Below are positions 58,433 through 64,000 of a stretch of 64,000 nucleotides of DNA, in pieces. The translations under genes were made by a program, and so were the position numbers. The DNA lies in contig JAGXKT010000010.1 in the NCBI GenBank assembly GCA_018335035.1, positions 28-64,027 of the forward strand, written 5' to 3'. Source of the stretch: Phycisphaerae bacterium. GTDB taxonomy: Bacteria; Planctomycetota; Phycisphaerae; SM23-33. How positions within the stretch are numbered: the first letter of the stretch is position 1; each line of letters opens with the position of its first letter. The notes beneath the pieces were generated by a model. The model did no database searches, was not told where the DNA came from, and was given only the letters and a program-made list of their open reading frames with translations.

Positions 58433-59215
58433 TTGCACCTGCGCCGCCGACGACGATACATACGTCGTGTGGGAAGCACGCAACAGATCAGACCTGTCAG
58501 TCGGCTTGTCCCGTCGACTCCGCGGCGTTTCGCGGCATACGCGGGTGCCGGCATCGCAGCCGCCGGCGCCTCGACGGCCCACTGGGCGGCCGTGCCCGTC
58601 GCGTACGATTCTGAACTGAGCTGGGCACAACTGGCGGCCGACGTGTGTCTGTGCGTGGCGGCGGGGATCACACTGCTTCTGGCGCTGCGTCTGCGGCGGG
58701 TCGGGCGCGAGGCGTGGACGGTCGTCGCGGTCGGGGTCGGCATGCTGGCGTTTCTGGCGTGGCGCGAGGTGGAGCTGGACGGGGTGCTGTTCGACGTGCA
58801 CATGTTCAGCTTCGCCTATTTGCTCAAAAGCGAGCAGGAGGTTTCGCTGACGGTCAAGCTGGGGTTGGGCATTCCGGGGCTGCTGATCGCCGCCGGCGCG
58901 GCGTGGTGGCTCTGGACGCACCGTCGGCCGATCGCCCGGCACCTGGGGTCGGTGCTGCGCAATCCCTTCGTCGTCCTTCCCGTCGCCGCCGTGGTGATGT
59001 TCCTTGTGGCCCAGTCGCTGGACCGCGCCAGTTCGTGGGAGCGGAACTTCGGCATCGTGCTGCCCGGCGCCGACGAGCCGGATAAACGTCGCCTGCGCAA
59101 TCTCGAGGAAATCCTCGAATTGGTCGGGGCCGTGTGGTGCCTCTGCGGTGCGATCGAGCTGCGTGTCAACCTGCTCGCGCGCGGCCAAGCGAGCGAGCAG
59201 GGCAAGCGGTCGTGA
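58433..59215 (+). CDS. Hypothetical multi-TM membrane protein (start unclear; the track start is TTG)
   Basis: Several hydrophobic segments (CLCVAAGITLLLAL, VVAVGVGMLAFLAW, LGLGIPGLLIAAGAAWWLW, FVVLPVAAVVMFLVA). The opposite-strand ORF 58343..59188 is R-rich and rejected. Confidence 0.35.
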   Translation: MHLRRRRRYIRRVGSTQQIRPVSRLVPSTPRRFAAYAGAGIAAAGASTAHWAAVPVAYDSELSWAQLAADVCLCVAAGITLLLALRLRRVGREAWTVVAVGVGMLAFLAWREVELDGVLFDVHMFSFAYLLKSEQEVSLTVKLGLGIPGLLIAAGAAWWLWTHRRPIARHLGSVLRNPFVVLPVAAVVMFLVAQSLDRASSWERNFGIVLPGADEPDKRRLRNLEEILELVGAVWCLCGAIELRVNLLARGQASEQGKRS

Positions 59216-59227
59216 AGCGTCGCCGGT

Positions 59228-62200
59228 TCACGCCAGAGCAGCGGCCTGCTCGTCATTTCGGGCCGCGGCAGCTCGCCAGGGGCGCAGGATACCCTTGCTG
59301 TCAAGGTACGCCTCACAACGGGTCATGACGCCGGCGTCGTTGCTGTGGGCGTCCATCTGGAGGGTCAGGAATGGCGCTTCGCATGCCCGGCCGATGAAGT
59401 GCTTGATGAAGGAGTCCGGCCCGCACTTGAAGTTCGTGATGTGGATGATGTGGCAGTCCTTCTGCCGCGCGACCAGTCGCGCCGCGGCCAGGATGTTGCG
59501 CCCCAGCGACCAGTACATGTGCTGGTTGAACTCGCGGACGCTGACGGGTCCGATGTCGAGGAAGTCCAGCGGGATACAGTTGACGCCGTAGTGCTCGCGC
59601 AGCTTCCGCGGCACGGCGAGGTTCACGCCGGCATCGTGCACGTTGTAGGCCCGCCCGACGATGACGACGGCCGAGTCGCCGGCGGCCTTGATCCGCTCGA
59701 CGGCGTCGCGCCCCGCGGCGAGGCGGCGATCCTCGAAGCGGTCCTGCGCGGCGAATGCGGCGCGGACGGCACGGCTGACGGTTTTCTTGTCGCGCCCCAG
59801 CGGCTTGAAGAATGCTTGGAGCGTGCGGCAGACGCCGGGGCGCCCCTCGCGGAAGCGGACGGTCGGCGTCCAGAACCGCTCGGCCAGGTGGCGCAGCTTC
59901 GGCGCCCGACGGACCACGAACGGAAGCGTCTGGTGCCACGGGCACAGGTGCGATTCCGTATGCAGCCACTGCGTCTCCATCGACACGATGTTCGGTAGGA
60001 GGATGTGGTCGACGCCTTTGGCGCCCAGATCGGCAACGTGTCCGTGGGCAACGATGATGGGAAAGCACGGCTCGGCGACGACCGCATTGCCGCCGGCCTG
60101 AACGATTCGCGTGTTGGTCGCGTCGGACAATACCGGCCGAAAGCCCAGCCGCGCCACGAGCGTTCGCCAGAAGGGCAACTGCTCCAGGGCGAACATCGTT
60201 CGCGGTATGCCGACGGTCGGCGCGTCGGGCTCGACGGCGGGCAGGTCCGTCTCGTCCAGCAGCCACTGCTCGCGCAGGTCGAACAGATCCTCGATGAGCG
60301 CCCGGCGCGTCGCCTTGGCCTGCTTGCGGAAGCGCTGCGAGCACTTGTCGCCCCAGTAGGTCTGCTCGCCGTCGACGCCGAACTCCTGGATGCGGCAGTG
60401 GTTCGAGCAGCCCTTGCAGGTGAACTCGCGCAGGGTGTAGTCCACCTGGTTCATATCCCAACCGCGGAAGCGCGATCTGGACGCCTCGCCCGTGCGGCGG
60501 TCCCGGTCGGACTCCGGCTGATCGGAGACGTACGTGCCGTCCTGACGGTCCTGCGACCTTCCGCCGCTGCCCTCGGCGTTTTCCATCTTGTCCTTGGCCA
60601 GCAACGCCGCTCCGATGGCGCCGACGACACCGTTGTGCGGCGGGACGATGATCTCCTTTCCGGTGACGGCGGCGAACGCGGCCGCGACGGCGTCGTTGTA
60701 GGCCGTGCCGCCCTGAAAGAAGATCGTCTCGCCGATGTGCCGCCCGCGGACGACGCGATTGATGTAGTTGTAGACCACCGAGTAGGCCAGCCCGGCGACC
60801 AGATCGTCCGTCTCGGCGCCGCGCTGCATGTAGCTGTTAACGTCGCGTTCCATGAACACGGTGCATCGCTCGCCGAGGCGTATCGGCGCATCGCTGGACA
60901 GCGCCAAGGAGGCGAACTGGTCCTTGATGGCGATCTCCAGTTCCTCGGCGCGCTCTTCGAGGAAGCTGCCCGTCCCGGCCGCACAGGCGTCGTTCATGGT
61001 GAAGTCCACGACCACGCCGCGGTCGAGCGAGATGAACTTGGAGTCCTGCCCGCCGATCTCGAAGATCGTCTCCGGCATGCGCCCGTCGAGCATGGTCTGC
61101 CCGACGAAGGTGGCGCCGGTTTTGTGCGCCGTGATTTCGTCGTTGATCGTGTCGGCACCGATCAGCGCGCCGACCAACTCGCGTCCGGAACCGGTCGTGG
61201 CCGTTCCGCGCACGCGCAGCCGGTCGCCCCAGTCGCGCTCGATCCGCGCCAGGGCGTCGGTGACGACCTCGATGGGCCGGCCCTGCGTGCGCGTGTAGAT
61301 CTCCGTGATGAGCTGCCCGTCCGAATCGATCGCCACGACGTTCGTCGAGACGCTGCCGATGTCCAGTCCGAGATAAGCGTCGATCGGGCCGTCGCCCGGC
61401 GGCGGCTCGTATGCCTTCTGGCGGTCGCGCAGCAAGATCACGTTGTCCATCGACAGCGGCTGCTGGGTGGGGAACCGCCCGCCGGCTGTGTCGCTGGCGG
61501 CCTGGAGCGCGTCCAGGTGTGACAGCGCCTGCCGCTCGCCGGCGCGGGCCGCCTCGGCCGCGGCACCGATCGCCGAGACGTGCGCATACGCCTCGGGCAC
61601 GTACAGGTCGCCGTCGCCCAACTCGAAGGCGCGCCGCATCGCCTGGACGACGGCCTCGTTGGCCGCCACGCCGCCGATCAGCGCCACCGGCGGCTCCACG
61701 ACGTGCGAGCGGACCACCGCAGCGCGAAAGTTCCGCGCCACCGCGTCGCACAGCCCGCGCAGCACCTCCGCCGGCGTGTACCCCTTCTGCTGGGCGTGGA
61801 TCATGTCGCTCTTGGCGAACACGCTGCATCGCCCCGCGATGCTCGCGGCGCGCTCGGCCGCCAGAACCACCCCGCCGACGTCCTCGATGTCGTATTGAAG
61901 CCGACCGGCCTGCTGATCCAGAAACGCGCCCGTCCCGGCCGCACAGTCGCCGTTCGTGGCGTAGTCCGTGATGCTGTAGCCGCCCTCGGCGGCGCGATCG
62001 AGCAGCAGATACTTGCTGGCCTCGCCCCCCATCTCGAAGGCACACCGCGCCTCGCACCCGATCGCCGCCAGCCCGGACGCCGCAGCGCGAAACTCGTTGA
62101 CCGTCGGCGCCTGGAGCGTCGCCGCGGCCGAGCGCGCCCCGCTGCCGGTCAGGCGCAGACCCCGCACGGCGTCGCGCCCCACGGCGGCGATGATCGCCTC

Positions 62201-62401
62201 CAGCACGGCCGTCGCCGCCTCGATAGGCCGGCCCCGCGTACGGCGATAGTCCGTGACGTAGACCCATCGCCCGTCCGGCCCACCGGCCGTGCGATGCAGC
62301 GAGCCGACATGCTCGCCGAGGTCTGTGTCCGCAATGACGGCCGCGGTAGCGCTGACCGCCCCGATGTCGATTCCTGCGTAGCACTTCATAAGGTTCAACA
62401 T
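59228..62401 (-). CDS. CoA-substrate-specific enzyme activase (two BadF/BcrA/HgdC-type ATPase domains) fused to a 2-hydroxyacyl-CoA-dehydratase-like C-terminal region, 1057 aa
   Basis: Two acetate/sugar-kinase-fold starts: YAGIDIGAVSATAAVI and YLGLDIGSVSTNVVAI. Each is followed by a GGxxxx..NDACAAGTG-type block (NGDCAAGTGAF and NDACAAGTGSF). GAAGGG 11 nt upstream of the ATG. Confidence 0.75.
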   Translation of the reverse strand: MLNLMKCYAGIDIGAVSATAAVIADTDLGEHVGSLHRTAGGPDGRWVYVTDYRRTRGRPIEAATAVLEAIIAAVGRDAVRGLRLTGSGARSAAATLQAPTVNEFRAAASGLAAIGCEARCAFEMGGEASKYLLLDRAAEGGYSITDYATNGDCAAGTGAFLDQQAGRLQYDIEDVGGVVLAAERAASIAGRCSVFAKSDMIHAQQKGYTPAEVLRGLCDAVARNFRAAVVRSHVVEPPVALIGGVAANEAVVQAMRRAFELGDGDLYVPEAYAHVSAIGAAAEAARAGERQALSHLDALQAASDTAGGRFPTQQPLSMDNVILLRDRQKAYEPPPGDGPIDAYLGLDIGSVSTNVVAIDSDGQLITEIYTRTQGRPIEVVTDALARIERDWGDRLRVRGTATTGSGRELVGALIGADTINDEITAHKTGATFVGQTMLDGRMPETIFEIGGQDSKFISLDRGVVVDFTMNDACAAGTGSFLEERAEELEIAIKDQFASLALSSDAPIRLGERCTVFMERDVNSYMQRGAETDDLVAGLAYSVVYNYINRVVRGRHIGETIFFQGGTAYNDAVAAAFAAVTGKEIIVPPHNGVVGAIGAALLAKDKMENAEGSGGRSQDRQDGTYVSDQPESDRDRRTGEASRSRFRGWDMNQVDYTLREFTCKGCSNHCRIQEFGVDGEQTYWGDKCSQRFRKQAKATRRALIEDLFDLREQWLLDETDLPAVEPDAPTVGIPRTMFALEQLPFWRTLVARLGFRPVLSDATNTRIVQAGGNAVVAEPCFPIIVAHGHVADLGAKGVDHILLPNIVSMETQWLHTESHLCPWHQTLPFVVRRAPKLRHLAERFWTPTVRFREGRPGVCRTLQAFFKPLGRDKKTVSRAVRAAFAAQDRFEDRRLAAGRDAVERIKAAGDSAVVIVGRAYNVHDAGVNLAVPRKLREHYGVNCIPLDFLDIGPVSVREFNQHMYWSLGRNILAAARLVARQKDCHIIHITNFKCGPDSFIKHFIGRACEAPFLTLQMDAHSNDAGVMTRCEAYLDSKGILRPWRAAAARNDEQAAALA

Positions 62402-62581
62402 TGTACCGGCCCTTCGCGGTTAATGAGCCAAAATCCACCCGAAGAACCTGCTGGGGTCCCCCCCGTACGAGAATTCCCTGGCCGACGCCGCCCGGCATGC
62501 CTATGATTGCGTATGCGAGGCGAAACGCCCTCGCAAGAACTGATCGTGGAACCATCTGCCACAAAAAGAAAGGGCCGAACG

Positions 62582-63109
62582 ATGACGAAGCGCCTGTGGA
62601 TCATGCTGTTAGCGGCACTGATGACGGTTGGTTTGACCGCCGGGGCTCATGCGGACGAGCACGAGGCCGCTGACGGGGAGCGGCAGCTGACCCCGTGGGG
62701 CAAGGCGTCCGTCGGCGACATGGTGAAGTACAAAACGATGGGCGACATGCTGCAGACACTCACCGTCAAGAAGATCGGCGACGAGACGGTCCACATCGAG
62801 ATGGTGATGGAAGTCAACGACCGGGAGATGCCCGCCCAGATGATGGAGATGCCGCGGTACGCCAAGCCCGGCGAGGACGAGACGCCGGAGGGCGTGGAGG
62901 TTGAGGAACTGGGCACCGAGACGGTCGCAATCGGCGACGAGAAGGTCACCTGCGAGGTCCGCAAGATGACGATGACACAAGACGGCAGGACCATCACGAG
63001 CAAGACGTGGACCAGCGACGATGTCCCCGGCGCGACGGTCAAGACCGCCAGCGACGCGATGGGCGAGATGACGGTGATGATGCAAGTCGTCGCCTTCAAG
63101 AAGAAGTAA
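62582..63109 (+). CDS. Methionine-rich secreted protein of unknown function
   Basis: Start set at MTKRLWIMLLAALMTVGLTAGAHA (signal peptide), with AAAGGG 8 nt upstream. 18 Met in 176 aa, in clusters such as MPAQMMEMPRY and MGEMTVMMQVV. Confidence 0.55.
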   Translation: MTKRLWIMLLAALMTVGLTAGAHADEHEAADGERQLTPWGKASVGDMVKYKTMGDMLQTLTVKKIGDETVHIEMVMEVNDREMPAQMMEMPRYAKPGEDETPEGVEVEELGTETVAIGDEKVTCEVRKMTMTQDGRTITSKTWTSDDVPGATVKTASDAMGEMTVMMQVVAFKKK

Positions 63110-63149
63110 CGCAGGCGGCGATTGCCCTGACAACGCTTGCAGCGCGCAG

Positions 63150-63184
63150 CGCCCCCGCTCTATGGGCCGGGGGCGTTGTTATTT
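63150..63184 (+). terminator. Intrinsic terminator: 8-bp GC stem cgcccccg / cgggggcg, 10-nt loop, then TTGTTATTT
   Basis: Seen directly in the sequence. Lies between the convergent secreted-protein and SDR genes. Confidence 0.5.
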
Positions 63185-63246
63185 GAGGCGTGGTAGCGTG
63201 CGAGCGGGACGTATGGCATAGTGCGCGGACAGCAAAGCTGACGGCC

Positions 63247-64000
63247 CTACGGCTTCTCCCCGTCGCGCTGCTCAGCCCGGACGAGGTCGTCGTGGTAGAG
63301 CTTCATCATGCGGTCGGCGAGGCGCGGGAAGCGGTTGTGGACCCAGATCAGCAGCTTCCCGCCGAGCGAGAAGACCACTTCGGGCTTGTGGCGCCCGACG
63401 GTGCGAGCGATGCGCCGCGCGACGGTCTCCGGCGGCATCAGCCCGCGCACGCGGGCAAAGCTCGTCTTGTGCAGCGACGTCCCCCCGCGGACGTGGTCGA
63501 AAAAGTCCGTTCGCGTCAGCCCGGGCAGGACGGTCGTAACCCGCACGTTGTAGGGCAGCATCTCCACGCGCAGCGCGTCCGAGAGCCCGCAAACGGCGAA
63601 CTTGGAGGCCGAGTACGCCCCGTTGAACGGGCAGCCCCGCCGCCCGATGACCGATGAAACGTTGAAGATGTGCCCGCCGCCCTGGCGGATCATGACCTGC
63701 GCGATCGCCCGGCAGCCGTAGAACACGCCGAAGAAGTTCACGTCCATGATCTCGCGCATCTGCTGGTCGCTGACCTCGTGGACGCGGGCGTGAACGCCAT
63801 GACCGGCATTGTTGACCATCACGTCGACGCGTCCGAAGCGCTCGACCGCCGCGGCGACCAGCGCGTCGACCTGATCGCGCGAGGCGACGTCCGTGGGTAC
63901 GACCAGCGTCCCGACCGCACCGGCCTGGCGACAGCGCTCGGCCACTGCATCGAGCTTCTCGGCCCGGCGGGCGGCGAGCACGACGGCCCGGCCGCGCGCG
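63247..64000 (-). CDS. Short-chain dehydrogenase/reductase (SDR), N-terminus beyond the right window edge
   Basis: NNAGHG, the S...YSASK catalytic pattern and LPG are SDR signatures. The track ORF's first Met (MLAARRAEKL) lies inside the Rossmann region, so the true start is upstream of 64000. Confidence 0.75.
   Translation of the reverse strand, partial: ARGRAVVLAARRAEKLDAVAERCRQAGAVGTLVVPTDVASRDQVDALVAAAVERFGRVDVMVNNAGHGVHARVHEVSDQQMREIMDVNFFGVFYGCRAIAQVMIRQGGGHIFNVSSVIGRRGCPFNGAYSASKFAVCGLSDALRVEMLPYNVRVTTVLPGLTRTDFFDHVRGGTSLHKTSFARVRGLMPPETVARRIARTVGRHKPEVVFSLGGKLLIWVHNRFPRLADRMMKLYHDDLVRAEQRDGEKP

Noticed and set aside
58343-59188. 281-aa minus-strand ORF opposite the membrane-protein ORF
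   Set aside because: Extremely R/P/Q-rich with no hydrophobic core. The plus-strand frame shows plausible TM helices.

Overview
This 64 kb window is a high-GC (~68-70% by eye) bacterial chromosomal segment with almost no non-coding space. It is probably from a Planctomycetota-like organism (inference). The evidence is a DUF1559 prepilin protein with an H-X9-DG motif, eleven prepilin-type proteins, a formylglycine-type sulfatase and several lipobox lipoproteins.

The window falls into four blocks.
1. 1-19.3 kb is a glycan-degradation locus. Nearly all of it is on the minus strand and it looks like one long operon under an IclR regulator. It holds three paralogous GH55-like double beta-helix hydrolases; one is a 1186-aa GH55-PA14-2xCHB_HEX_C-CBM9 multidomain protein. 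It also holds a sulfatase, a GH29 alpha-L-fucosidase, a hypothetical lipoprotein and an unusual 828-aa tandem-duplicated QueG-like Fe-S protein. A GH31 gene is transcribed divergently. At the left end, gmhA and a deletion remnant of wecB flank the locus.
2. 21.6-39.5 kb is housekeeping genes (sppA, ispF, cysS, der, recA, aroA, rpiB, truB and an aroK-aroC fusion) plus an LPS-core block (GT9 heptosyltransferase, tandem Kdo/WaaP kinase, GT1).
3. 42.8-56.3 kb is one minus-strand T2SS/type-IV-pilus-like operon. In transcription order it encodes PilB/GspE, PilT, GspE, GspF, three GspG paralogs, then H-, I-, J-like pseudopilins and a giant GspK-like protein. A patch of dispersed hairpin repeats sits in the GspK 5' region.
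4. 56.6-64 kb holds a rhodanese lipoprotein, a Gfo/Idh/MocA oxidoreductase, a 1057-aa CoA-activase/dehydratase-like fusion, a Met-rich secreted protein and a partial SDR gene.

I found no rRNA, tRNA, CRISPR array, transposase or integrase. Several very long ORFs in the supplied track are antisense shadows of real genes.

My top candidate for an undescribed system is the iclR / tandem QueG-like / lipoprotein / GH55 operon. The hybrid secretion-pilus operon with its repeat patch is second.
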